Source: Octopus sinensis
Lineage: Eukaryota
Length of the DNA: 64,000 bases
Assembly (NCBI RefSeq): GCF_006345805.1
Contig: NC_043000.1
Span: 56,730,001 to 56,794,000, forward strand
Direction of reading: 5' to 3'
This document shows positions 38,919 through 52,364 of this stretch, in pieces (positions within the stretch are counted from its first letter, which is position 1; each line of letters opens with the position of its first letter). Under the pieces are notes generated by a model, which worked only from the letters and a program-made list of their open reading frames with translations, ran no database searches and was not told where the DNA came from. Position numbers and translations under genes: made by a program.

Positions 38919-41072
38919 TATATATATATATATATATTTACCATTTGAATTTATGGCTGCTTCAGCAAAATGTTAATGTGAAAATTATAAGATAACAATT
39001 ATAAGATATATGCAATATAAAACCAAAACCGAAAAATTCAATTGCCACTAATTGTGACTGAGGGTGATGCGTAGTACCTGTATTTCTAGAAATAACAGTT
39101 AAAATCCCTTAGAGCTGCAAGAAAACACATTCTCATGTATGCTTATTTCTAGCAATATAGGTGCTACCCAGCACCTTTTTTAACTTTTTATTACATATAG
39201 CTACTTTGATGAGCTTCTTTCAGTTTCCATCAACCAAATCCACTCACAAAGCTTTGGTCAGCATGAGGCTATAGTAGAAGACACTTGCCCAAAGTGTCAC
39301 ACATTGGGGCCAAAACTGGAACCATGTGGTCAGGAAAACCTTTCTGTGACCATAATTTTAATGAAAAACATCAGTTATTTTTGAGAATAAGAATATTACG
39401 AATACATTTAGTGGAATAACAGACTTCTCCATTAAGCTGAGGTCTGAAACATAATTTCATAAACAGTTCTCATATAACATTACGATCGAAGGCTTAAATT
39501 GCAATAAAAACTCTTCAGAACCAATGGTTGTATATCATAGAACTAGGGGTGCTCGCAGGCACGTCAATATCAAAAGGGTTAAACTAAATGTATTTTATTA
39601 TGTTTCTGAGATCAAATTTCATTGAGGTGAAGGTACCGTTTCTTCATTTGCAGAAAAGTTGCCAACAGAATACAGCACTTGCACTGTTAAACAATACACA
39701 AGAAGTAACCCATCTCCCCTACAAAAATAATAGCCTTGACCCTAATCAAAAGAAATCGTTATTGCTGCATTGATATAAAGAAGCATTGTTATTAAGGAAT
39801 AATTAATTATACATCATTAAATGTTGTTGCTATGAAAATGGAGAAGAAGGAAAAATTGCCAATAAGCTATATGTTTAAACAATGAAGTGATTGCATCTTG
39901 AATCTTTTTAAAGCCTTATGAAATACAAACATACATACATAGACAAAAACACTTCTGTAATGTGCGTGTGCTTGTGTGTATGTGTGTTTGTGCACGCACA
40001 CTTATATATATATATATATATATATATATACAAACACATAAAAACACAGATATATATATATATATATATACACACTCATACTCTTTCACACACACACATG
40101 TATGTATGCATGTATGTATATGTGCATACACAAATACATGCATATATACAATCATGGATACAAGAATGCATAATAAACATAAATTTATCACCTAAGAACA
40201 TTAACGAGTAGCTATATATACAGACATATGTGATGTGCAAAGAGTGTGAATGTGTGTATGTGCAAACGTGTTTGCATGTGTGTGTGTGCATGTATGTGTG
40301 TGTGTGTTTGTGTGTGTGTGCAAGTATGTATATGCATGTATGCATTTACGCACATGTATTTAGATAGGAGGGTATGAAGAATTCTTTCTTCTCAACCTAC
40401 AATCTAAATAATTAAGCTGTAAAAAGGAATTCTTCAACCGTTGACAAAGGATATTTACAACAGAGACCATCTGGTTCCTTTTCCTTCATATTTATTTAAT
40501 ATTTTACAAATATATTTATTACTGTTCTTCTACACCATAGATGTACAAACAATCTTTGCTGCGGTTCAGAGCAATAAAGCCAATCGAGACAAATAAAAAT
40601 ACCAAAAAAATATAAAAGAAAAGTACATTCTTTTGTTTTCATTTCATATATATATATATATATAGACACATATATATGCATAAAAGTGTGTTGATATATA
40701 TATTTATAGATTTATACAAACGATAATGATGATGATGATGAATGATGTATTCATACATACAGATGTGATATAAAATGTTATATGTATATAATAGATGATA
40801 TACATAAATGTATAACATGATGTAAATACATACGCTACATATATATCGATGTATAACATGTGTGTGTGTGCATTTGTGTATGAATTACAATATGTATAGG
40901 TTTGTCCTATAAGTGTATTTATATATGCCTGTGTGCATTATATAAAACACATATATATACATTATATATACTTTATATGTATACATACATATACAAACAA
41001 TGTATATCTATATATGTGTATATATATGTGTGTGTATGTATATGTATATATATATATGTGTGTGTGTGTGTG

Positions 41073-41104
<32 letters not shown>

Positions 41105-41163
41105 ACACCATATTTTAAAACCTAAATATACACACATCAGACACACACATATACATACATACA

Positions 41164-41218
<55 letters not shown>

Positions 41219-41572
41219 ATATATATTGTATTTTTTTTGTGTTGATATAACATTACAATATTGTATTTCTGTTCTGCCATTAAAAATACTTAATATTACA
41301 TCTACTCTCATAACAATAAATAAATAATACACTAATAAATAAACTAACAAATAAATTCTGATAATAAACATATATGAATGGAAAATGTAAATAAATAAAT
41401 AAAATTTGTATTGTTTAAAATTCAGATGAGATTACGAAGAGTCTCTTCAAAACCACACTTACACAAACTAATGTATATTAGATAAATATTGGTTTCAATG
41501 TTTCTGTTTTTTGTGGAGTATGGGTGGCTATGTGGCTTGTACGATATTTTGATTACTGGAGTGAATATGAGA

Positions 41573-41612
<40 letters not shown>

Positions 41613-41912
41613 ATCTCTCTCTCTCTCTCTATCTCTCTATCTACTTATCTATCTATCTATCTATCAATCCATCTATCTATTTTTCTGCACATGTGCACGT
41701 GTGTGTGTGTGTGTGTGTATACACGTGAGTGTCTGTGAGCACAGTGATTTTAATTACCTAGCTAATTATATACACATATGCACACACGAGTGTGTAAATA
41801 TACACACATATATATATATATATATATATACATACATACTACATACATACATACATACACACACAGATACATACATATATATCATATATTATATGTGTAT
41901 AATATATATCAC

Positions 41913-42085
41913 TAGCCACTACACATTCTTTATTTTATCTCCTTGTTTCTTTCTGTGTTCCTTTCTGTGGAAGAGCGTAGGCTCGAAACATTAAAGACTT
42001 TTTCACTTCCCGAGCGTTATACTAATACATCTGTTTATTGTCTACTCCACGTGTCTTCGTCTTTTGTTTTTTTGTGAATTCTCCC
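41913..42085 (+). mobile_element. ~180-bp non-coding HHR element, copy 2
   Basis: Motif at 41961-41996: CUUU CUGUGGA A GAGC GUAG GCUC GAAA CA UU AAAG (CG>CA change in stem III). Confidence 0.75.
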
Positions 42086-42136
42086 TATATATATATATAT
42101 ATATAATATCTTATGCACATATAACATATATTGAAC

Positions 42137-42173
<37 letters not shown>

Positions 42174-42432
42174 ATGCATATGTATGTAAGGAAATGTATA
42201 TATGCTGAGAAATGCATACATATATTCTTTTGTTCATTTTTTTTATTCTCTTACTTGTTTCGGTCATCTGATTGACGCCATACTGTAGCACTGCTTTGAA
42301 GGATTTTAGTTGAACAAATCAACACCCAGGACATTTTTAAGCCTAGTACTTATTCTATCAGTCTCTTTTGCCAAAGTGTGTTACAGGTATATAAACACAC
42401 CAGCACCAGTTTGTATATATATATATATATAT

Positions 42433-42466
<34 letters not shown>

Positions 42467-42478
42467 ATATATATATAA

Positions 42479-42519
<41 letters not shown>

Positions 42520-42696
42520 TACTGGGCTTTGGTCAGCCCAAGGTTAAAAGAGGACATTCATATAGATATCTACACACAAACACACTTAACATATGTGTGT
42601 ATATGTATGTATACACACACATACACATATATACACATGTTATATATGTGTATGTATATGTGTGTATAATATTATGTATGTGTGTGTGTGTGTGTA

Positions 42697-42699
<3 letters not shown>

Positions 42700-42734
<35 letters not shown>

Positions 42735-42839
42735 TATATACACACCCACATACATTCAAGCAGTGGGACTGAACCTGAAACCATGTCGTTGTTGGCACTC
42801 AAGCTTCTTACCACACAGCCTTGGCTATATATATATTGA

Positions 42840-42888
<49 letters not shown>

Positions 42889-43020
42889 TATATACACACA
42901 CCAATACATTTCAAGCAGTGGGACTGAACCTGAAACCATGTCGTTGTTGGCAATCAAGCTTCTTACCACACAGCCTTGGCTATATATATATGTGAGTGTG
43001 TGTGTATATATATATATATA
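42700..43020. repeat. Recent 155-bp tandem duplication of a SINE-head fragment plus microsatellite
   Basis: caagcagtgggactgaacctgaaaccatgtcgttgttggca at 42757 and 42912. Confidence 0.85.
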
Positions 43021-43022
43021 TA

Positions 43023-44503
43023 TAACTTAGAAATAACTTAGAAAGGTTTTGGCCAGTATTGGCCCAGGCCATGTCTAACTTAATAGCACCACCTGGCGAA
43101 GTCTTTCAATTCAGGATTTGGGCACCGAGGCCCATTCGAGCAGAGAGTTATTGTTTGCGGAGACATATCCGGGTGTGGGTGGTTTGTCTGGGACTGTTTG
43201 AAGGAATTTGTCCAAAGACTTCTTGAATTTTGTGTGGTCAGTTTCTGTTTTGACGTGTCCTGGTGTAATGTTGAAGAGAGCGGGTCCAATTGAGGTGAAA
43301 TAATTGTGCCATATTGTCGTTATGTGATGCGATTTGGATTTTTGTTGTGGACGGATGGCACATGGTCCAAGCCTTGGATGTATTTTGAAGGTGATGCCAA
43401 CATCATTCGGACAGTGCTGATGGAATATTTTCCACATCATACAGATAATGTAGCGTTCATGGCGTCGTTGGAGTGAATACAGTTTCAGCTTCTCTAGTCT
43501 ACCCCAGTAGTCAAGGTCTGACATGCCATCTATCTTTTTTGTGATTGACCTTTGGGGAGCTTCAATTCTCATAATATTTTGTTTTGTGTAGGGAGACCAC
43601 AGTGGACAGTGGTATTCAAGGTGGGGTCGGGCAAAAGTGGAGAACAGAAGGATAATAGTGTGGGAATCTCTCGACTGGAAGGTTCTGAGAATCCAGGAAC
43701 ACATTCTGTGGGCCATGTCAACTTTGCTGCTTATATGTGTAGCCCAGCTTATGTTGTTGTCCACTGTTACTCCCAAGTCTCTGATGTTGTTGGACGCCAT
43801 GAGAATTTCTCTCCAGAAGGAAGGGAGTATGGAGTGTTTCAGAGCGTCCTCCCTTCCAAAGTGGATCAGTTCGAATTTGTCTTCGTTTAGCAACATGTTG
43901 TTCTTTTCCGCCCATTGGACAACAGCCAGTAGTCTGACTGAAGGCTTATTTGGTCATCCACGCCATTGATGACCTTCTGGAGCTTGGAGTCATCAGCGAA
44001 GGTTCTGATGTTACTGTGTTTGATGGTGTCAGTATATCATTTATGTAGATGATGAAGAGAAGTGGGCCCAACAGTGCCTTGTGGGACACCACTGCTGACT
44101 TTGGCTGGGCTGGATTTGACTCCTTCGACTAGAACATGTTGGGTTCTGTTAGACAGGAAGCACTTGATCCACTGCAGCAGCTTTCCAGTGACACCAATAT
44201 TGGACAGCTTTCTCAAAAGGATCTTATGATCAACCCTGTCAAAGGCCTTGCTGAAATCAAGGTAGATGACATCAGTGTTGGAACCATCTCCCAAGGCTCT
44301 CAAAATGTCATCAAAATGATGCAGTAGCTGCATCAGGCAATCTCTTCCATTACGGAATCCATGCTGGTTGGAGTTCAGCATATTATGACTCTCAAGGAAG
44401 TGAGTCATACGCAATCTCAGCACTCTCTCAAATACCTTAATGATATGAGAGGTGAGTGAGATTGGACGGTAATTCACGGCAAGCGATTTGTTTCCTTTTT
44501 TGA
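43023..44503 (-). mobile_element. 5'-truncated CR1/Jockey-group LINE (RT domain to 3' tail), frameshifted
   Basis: NYRPISLTSHIIKVFER, QHGFRNGR, YLDFSKAFDRVDH, SGVPQG, (fs) RTFADD, DLGV, RPHLEY..PLWSP, LYSLQRR; 3' end with a short tandem (ttctaagttat) tail. Confidence 0.9.
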
Positions 44504-44804
44504 AACACAGACACACAAACATATAAACACACATACATATATATATATATATATACATATGTCTTTATCACATACTTGCTTCAGAGATTGGGTTGTGCCC
44601 ATGCTGGGGCAGTGCCTTAAAGGGTTTAGTTGAACAAATTGAACACAGTACTTATAACTTAAGTCTGGTACATGTTCTGTCAATCACTTTTGCCAAAACA
44701 AAAGTTACAGAAACAAATTGTCAAGTGATGATAACAGTGGTGATGATGGTGGTGAGCAAACACAAACAGTCACAACATCATACATATACACATGCATATA
44801 TTTT

Positions 44805-45024
44805 TTCTCTTTCTTTTCTTTTATTTGTTTCAGTCATTTGACTGCAGCCATGCTGGAGCACCGCCTTTAGTCGAGCCCAGGACTTTGTAAGCTTAGTTCT
44901 TATTCTATCGGTCTCTTTTGCCGAACCGCTAAGTGGCAGGGACGTAAACACACCGGCATCGTTTTCAAGCGATGTTGGCGGGACAAACACAGACACACAA
45001 ACATATACACACACTTACATACAT

Positions 45025-45057
<33 letters not shown>

Positions 45058-45243
45058 TATATAATATATATATACATATATACAACGGGCTTCTTTCAGT
45101 TCCGTCTACCAAATCCACTCACATAGCTTGGTCAGCCCGAGGCTATAGTAGAAGACACTTGCCCAAGGTGTCACGCAGTGGGACTGAACCCAGAACCGTG
45201 TGGTTGGTAAGTAAGCTACTTACCACACAGCCACACCTGTGCC

Positions 45244-45244
<1 letters not shown>
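44805..45244 (-). mobile_element. Full-length tRNA/CORE-like SINE
   Basis: Same family as 2973-3376. Confidence 0.85.
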
Positions 45245-45278
<34 letters not shown>

Positions 45279-45464
45279 TGGTCTTCTACACAGTTTCCAT
45301 CAATCAAATTCACTCACACGATATTAGTCAGCTCAGAGCTACAGCAGAAGACTATTGCCCAAAGCGCTGTGCACTGTGACTGAACCCAAAACTACAAGGT
45401 TACAAAGCAAACTTCTTAATCAAGCAAATACACACACAGATACACTCTCTCTCTCTTTTTCTTC

Positions 45465-45499
<35 letters not shown>

Positions 45500-45742
45500 G
45501 ATATATATATATATATATATATTGACAGATTGATGCATGTATGCACACGTGCCTGCACATGTCTCTACAGTTTATTTCTCAATCTCCTTCACTTCTCTTT
45601 TATTATTTATGTTGTTGATGTTTTCAGTATTGTTATTGTTTTATTTTTCTTATTTTGCTTTATTACCATGTTTTTCATTTATTTTTGTCAATCATCAATT
45701 TATAGTTATTCACAGTGTGTGTGTGTGTGTGTGTGCATGCAC

Positions 45743-45787
<45 letters not shown>

Positions 45788-46080
45788 ACTCTTCACATTT
45801 GTCTATTTTATCGTTTCTTCAAGTAAACATCATATATTAAATGACAGATGTTGAAAATATTACCGTGTTCTCTGTTTACACACATACATACATACATACA
45901 TATAAAAATATTTATATACATTTATGTATCATATATACAGAAAATATTATAAAGATATATATATATATGTAAAATATATAAAATATGTGTATAAAATATT
46001 TTCTGTATATATACTTAAATATATATAAATATAAATAAATGTTTTTATATGTATGCATGTGTGTGTTTATATATTTATTT

Positions 46081-46145
<65 letters not shown>

Positions 46146-46466
46146 GTATATGTATATAAAATACATATGTGTGTGTGTGTGTGCACATACATATATGTGT
46201 ACACATACATATATACATAAATAAAATATATATCATATGTACAAATATATAAACACACACATGCATACATATAAAAACATTTATTTATATTTATATATAT
46301 TTATGTATATATACAGGAAATATTTTATACACATACATACATATAGATATATAAACACAAACACACATAAACATGTGTGTGTATATGTATGTATACACAA
46401 ACATGTATATATATACACACACACACATATATATATATACACATACACGTGTATATATGTGCATGA

Positions 46467-46505
<39 letters not shown>

Positions 46506-46961
46506 CATACATATAATGTTTTAAGTTAGCTATTTATCAAAGTGATATTTTCAGGTTTTCTATTTTTGCTTCAGTTTTTTTCTTGTACATTCTTCATCTG
46601 TTTGTTACATTTTGTTCTTTTCCTTCTTCCATTGTTTATTAAGGTTCTTTTTTGTTTTCTTTACTTTATTTTAAATCTACATAACAACAACCGGATGTGT
46701 ATAATGTTTTTAAGGTGAGCAATGGAAAATATATTGCAATTTCTACTTGTTAACTTATGTTAATTAGACCAAACCAACTGGAAGACAATTCTAGCAGTTA
46801 TTATAATACGAAATACATATGTCAACTTTTGCCCCTCACCAAAGTTTTTTTTTTTTCCCTTTTTGTTGTTCTTGATTTTATATTGGCACCATTATTATAT
46901 TTCAATTACTCTTCTTATAGCATTAATGTGATTCCTATAATTGTTCTTATATTAGTAGCAA

Positions 46962-46994
<33 letters not shown>

Positions 46995-47161
46995 ATCATC
47001 ATCATTTTTACACCTGGTTTTTCCATGCTTGCTTGGGTTAGATGAAATGTATCGAGGAAAATTTTCTAGTGCTGGATATTCTTCCTGCCATCAAGCTATA
47101 TGTAGTTTTCCAAGTATGGTAGCTTTCATGTCACTGGACCCTCAGCCTTGAATGTCTAAAG

Positions 47162-47380
47162 CAGTGGTTTTCAACCAGGGTTCCGCGGAACCTCAGGGTT
47201 CCACCAGTACAGTGCAAGGGTTCCGCAAGAAGTTACAAAACTGCTAAAATCGGCAGTAATTTTTAATTCTCCTGTGCAGATATGTGTGCATAAGACTATT
47301 AAATTATTGCACAGGGGTTCCTCAAACCAGTGGAATGTTTCCTTGGGGTTCCGCTCCAGCAAAACTTTTGAAAAGCACTG
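47162..47380. mobile_element. hAT-type MITE with 8-bp TSD
   Basis: cagtggttttcaa ... ttgaaaagcactg ends; perfect TSD gtctaaag at 47154-47161 and 47381-47388; internal gggttccgc repeats. Confidence 0.9.
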
Positions 47381-47429
47381 GTCTAAAGAGCTGAAGCCAC
47401 TAAAATTACAGGTCTTTTGTTCACAGGAG

Positions 47430-48320
47430 AATTTAAACAAAGGCAGTATTTTTGCTCAGCTGTTCCTAATGAGCACAAACAGAAGTCGCACACCCACCTG
47501 CTGCTCTAGTCATATTATTTGTGCTAGTCATGGAGATGTTACTAAGATAAACAAACTGTGAGAAATCTGTTACAAAGACATCGTTAAGGGCTTTTATGGA
47601 CAACGTTACTGTATTATCAGAAAGTAGAGAAGCAGTAAATGGAATGTTAGAGTGGTTGAACAAACTAAGAGGATGGGCAAGAATGAAATTCAAAGCCAAA
47701 ATATCTCGAAGCATGGCTTTTGTGAAAGGAGTCCAAGAAGAAGTGAAATTCAGGATAGGAGGTGAAGATATACCAATGGTGGAACACAGAATGGAAAACT
47801 GGAATTTTGCTAGAGCTGGCAGTGCCATGGGAAGAGAACATCACTAATGCAAAGCAATGGGATGGACTGTCAAGTATTACCACCTGGCAGTGGTGGTTAG
47901 GAGCTTCATTGAAAGGAAAATAACATTATTTAAGAGCTAGTTGGCTCTGGCTGCTGGAACTGACACTAACACGCCACTGTTGGAAGGCAGGTTTAGAGAG
48001 GATGTGGGTTAAAACTACGCACCCTTCCCCTCCATTGGTCAGTTGAAGATTAGACAGCGTCACATGACAGTTAGCTGGTGCTAGCTGCTAGAGCCTACCA
48101 GCAAGTATTTAAAGGGAAATTTGGCAGGATGGACAGTTGCCCACTGACATTCATTGATGCTGCATCAAAGAAACCAAAGAAAAAAGAAGAAACCCACTCA
48201 ACACCAGAGCTGAAGACACCTACGGGGGGGGGGGGGCACCACGTCAAAAACGGTAGAGGAATAGGGGCCAAAACTGGACATGGTTCCTCCTGATGATGTT
48301 TTTATCTACTGGATCCTATA
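47430..48320 (+). pseudogene. HERO/R2-group (REL endonuclease) non-LTR retrotransposon relic, internally deleted
   Basis: ILFVLVMEMLLR*..LRAFMDNVTVL..LNKLRGWARMKFKAKISRSM..FRIGGEDIPMV joined to GILLELAVPWEENI (47801-47842) and GWTVKYYHLAVVVRSFI. Confidence 0.7.
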
Positions 48321-48505
48321 AAGGAGCTGTTAAGGTAGTGAACCACGAAACATGGTTGGAATTCCCCCTAATTCTCAATTTAAATTTCAGTGATTCTGAA
48401 ATGAAGAACAATGATAATATAATCACCGTTCACAATATGTTCAAGGCTGCATCATATCTTGGTATTATACTTCAAGTGTGGGTCGCAGAAAGAGCAATTA
48501 TGTAT

Positions 48506-49711
48506 TTCTGAAACCATTTACAATAAAGCTAACTATAAAGACTTCATCAGCTTCCTAAGTCAGCTACAACTACCATTCACAAGTTCATCACTGTATCATT
48601 CCTCAGTATTATACCTTGAGTGTGAACTGCAAAGTGAGTGATGACTGACAACCAGTGATGATCCAAAAAATGAAGCTTGTTGGCCAATCAGTTCTGTGTC
48701 TTAAAATGTACTTTTAACTCCACCCATTAACAGTCTTTCTAAAGTAAAACTACTATAATTCATGCTACAAGTGGATGCAAATTAGATTCTATATAGCAGT
48801 TTGTATTGCAGAAAGAGAGGAGTGTCAAGTTGACCAGTTAAAGAAATTTTGAATGTGTGACATTCATTTCTTTCTTGAAAACAGTACTAATTATCAAATG
48901 GCTACAAGCAGGATATGAAAACTGTATTACGGGCTCAGCTCAAATCAAAGCCACTTTCATCTTTACTTAGTTTCAATATTTGCCAAACAACCCAAGTTGG
49001 TTTTTCCCTATAAATTCATATCTTGAACAGCTACCACACACACTGACCACTGTTATGAGCCAGGTGAAACTTCATTTCAAATCAACCCACATCCATTCAA
49101 TACAGAAGTTCAGTATTTAACTAATATTTTTTTTAATCTCTTTGGTACCAAACCATCTGAAATTGTCCCTAGTCCAAAATTTCATGTTATTTATGTCTCA
49201 AACACTAGCTTAATAATGACAAAGTTATTTTATTTATTCCTTCATTATTTTCAAAATTAATTGAAAGAAAAAGCAGTGCAATTTGGAAGAAAACTAGTGT
49301 AATTTTAAAGAAATACAGTAAGAAAAGGGTTAAACTTGACCATTTATATGCATGTGCTTAATGATGTACCTAATTCTTGCTTTAAGAAAGCAAACTCTTG
49401 ATGTCTTTCTGATACCATTTGTAACAAAAAAAATATTAAAGACTTTACTAGCTACAACCAACATTCATGACAAGTTCATCACTGAATCACCTCTTGGGAC
49501 AATACAGTGAGCGAGGAATGATTGAGTGAGTAATGACTGACAATCAGTGACAATACCATCATTGAAGCTTGTTGGCCAATTAGTTTAGTATTTTACGTGT
49601 ACTTACACACATGAACACTTCTCCTAAAGTAGAACTACTATAATTCATGTTGCAAAGTGGGCACAAACAAGCTACTAAATAGTGGGTAGCATTGTAGTAA
49701 AAGAGAAGGAG
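48506..49711. repeat. Old diverged direct duplication (48506-48822 vs 49406-49711)
   Basis: Shared blocks caagttcatcactg, gtgagtRatgactgacaa, tgaagcttgttggccaat, actactataattcatg at a constant offset of about 890 bp; a TTAA MITE lies between the copies. Confidence 0.8.
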
Positions 49712-51169
49712 ACTTGCCTTGTAATGACTGACAAGCCAAAGTGAAATATGCAGTCAAACAACTGACAATAAACATTCACTTCTATATTCTTCATGCCAGG
49801 GAATAATAGGACAGAAATGAAAGGAAAAGAATGAGAGAATAATAAAAGAAGAAAGAAAAAAATTTGTACCCTTGTCCAATTATTTCTTAGTTCTTCTTAT
49901 TTATCAGAAGACTGTCATTTAGGAATAGTAACAAAGGATGTGGAATTTAAAAGAACAAAACGTGAATAATAAACAAAAAATACTGCTTTACCATGTGGAG
50001 AACAAAGATGATATTAATAATACTTGATTATTTTGGACAGAAATACAAAAGAAAGGGGGAGGGGAAAAAAAGCAAAAAAAAAAAAAGACCACAGAAAGAG
50101 AATGTTAACTCCTCATTACTATTTCAGTACCTGATGTTCCAATTATGGTATCATTACTATTTCTGCAGGTAGCATGCTAATTAAGGTATCATTGGACAAG
50201 GAAGTGGAGAAAATAAACTTGCATTGTATTTTTCAGAGGAAATAACAAGTCAAAATTAAAGGCAAGATAGAGGTTAGGCATCAATTAGTTGAGTTTTAGG
50301 TGACATAAGTGTTTAGAGTTTTGATGATAAAAGAATTTCAAGTTCAGTTTTATCAAAGAATTACCAGCTCCTAATTGGAATAAAAGAAGGAAACCTGGTA
50401 ATAGGCTGCAAAAATGTAGTTTTCATAAACAATCAGTTAACACTGACATCAAAGGTAATAAATACGCAAATAAATATGTACATAAATGAATAAATAAAAA
50501 TCATGCAGCTGTATGTTGAGATGTGCATATGCAGTTGCATTTAAAGCAATGGATTGATTTCCTAGGAAGAAGATTTATAAATACAAATTAATTCTCCATT
50601 GAGAATTAGAAAAAAGGGGAAAAAAAACGTTAACAAGACATTAATGAGAGAAAATCAGAAAATTATAGGTAATATTTTCACAATGTAAGTTTTACAGTGT
50701 GGGAAATATTTTAGATTACAAACAGGTATTTGGCAATTTTGTAAAACCCACTTTTATCAACACCTCCAAGACAAATACCTACAGTACTATTAATCCTTTA
50801 TCACCAACTTATTTTGGTCTTTGGACTGCAGGGGCACCATCTTGAAGGGTTTAGTAAAACAGGATGACCCCACCACCACCACAAGACTTCACTGTTTGTT
50901 TTAAGTCTGGCATTTATTCTGAACTTACATTTAGCTAAGTTACATCCCTATAATTTAGCTGATCTGCTAAGTTACAGGGATATAAACAGACCAACACCAG
51001 CTGTCAAGCAGTGGGAGTGACAAACACTAACACACACATACATTCATATTTGGCATTAGGAAGGGCATCCAGACATAGAATACTAATACAATTGTTTGTT
51101 TGTTTTCCACCTGCCTTCGTCTTTTGTCTATTTTCATAAAGCTTCCCGTTATATATATATATACATATA

Positions 51170-51490
51170 TGGGAAGTAAACACAGAAAAAGATAGAAAAT
51201 AAGAGAAAAGATCTCTCAGTCTTTAATGAAACCAATAATGATACAACACAACTGAAAGAAAAAGAAGTGTTACAGAAATATGATATAAGAAAAGGCATGT
51301 AAAAATTTTTAAAAAACACCAGAAATAGGAGATACCTACAAAATTTCAAAGAATCTGTAGTATGAAAAATAAGCATGGTTCTTTGAACAAAACAAATAAT
51401 TCAACTCTAACTCAAACCAATTTTATCAAGAACTGCATAAAAATAAAATGCAAATAAATACAACACTATCAACAAGATAAGTTAGGAATA
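51170..51490 (+). pseudogene. Probable R4/Dong ORF fragment upstream of the RT domain
   Basis: FFEQNK*FNSNSNQFYQELHKNK resembles the Dong RY..R...QN..F..N...FY..L segment; heavily decayed. Confidence 0.4.
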
Positions 51491-51744
51491 TCTGGGATGA
51501 GCATGGACCATGAAGGAATTACCATGAATGAGACTGACCAAATTAATGAATACAGTACCTGAACAATCGTGAGACACTGTAAGTAGCTCAAAAACAGAGA
51601 ATTTTAGGGTACCAGAACACAAGATTTCAAACTTCCAATTAAATATATTTAAGAGAATGCTAGCAGACATGTTTAACTCTTCAGTATTCAGATAATGTTT
51701 ATGAATTTGTTTTGCTAGATTCCTGATGTGAAATTGTGTGTTGA

Positions 51745-52105
51745 AACAGATATGGTTATACATTATTTACATCAGGTGTCTTGGGGAAATTTCGAATCTG
51801 GATTCTCATTCCTAAGGTATTTTTTTATGTTATTATTATTATTACTATTATTATTATTATTATTATTCAGGTCACTGCCTGGAATTGAACTCAGAATCTT
51901 GGGGTTAGTAGCCCGTGCTCTTAACCATATGCCCATAGAAATGAGAACCCAGGTTTGAAATTTCCCCAAGACACCTGACAAAGGTTGGAGGATATATCAG
52001 CCGAGAGTGTTGTGTTAACAACAAACAAGATGAGGGCAAATATCCGTCAAATGTAAATAATGTAAATAATATCATAATTCCTCACCTCTTAAATATAGAA
52101 CCAGA
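51745..52105 (+). mobile_element. Composite pLTR-like element: inverted piece, antisense tRNA-like head, decayed HHR
   Basis: 51769-51809 is the inverted copy of 51940-51978; tRNA-like head on - at ~51865-51935; GACAC CUGACAA A GGUUG..CAGCC GAGA GUGUU GUGUU at 51970-52016 keeps stems I and II, but the core is mutated. Confidence 0.55.
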
Positions 52106-52127
52106 TATTGTTATATTTCAGGATGGC

Positions 52128-52275
52128 TTTATTTTACCTTAAGTTCATTGTCTGGAAATCTTTTGTCACACATCTGTGACCTCTTCAGTGATTCTTCCAC
52201 CCCATGTGTCTGCACTGAAGAGGTCAGAGGTGTGTGACGAAAGATTTCCAGACAATGGACATGAGATAAAATAAG
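52128..52275. mobile_element. Short palindrome with an HHR-like motif in each arm
   Basis: Arms 52128-52190 and 52213-52275; + strand CUGAAGA G GUCA..UGAC GAAA GAUU UC CAGACA-AUGG can pair with CCAU-G-UGUCUG from the spacer. Confidence 0.65.
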
Positions 52276-52364
52276 AACAATAATAAATGAGTGAAAAACA
52301 AATATATAATGTGTGTGTGTGTTTATTTGGCAACAAAAAAAATGACCATCCAGAAATATAACAA

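Noticed and set aside
48490-48600. Minus-strand C/D snoRNA (UGAUGA..CUGA..UGAUGA) or hammerhead
   Set aside because: No terminal D box, D' is not conserved in the duplicate copy, no recognisable rRNA guide; the HHR reading lacks stem I.
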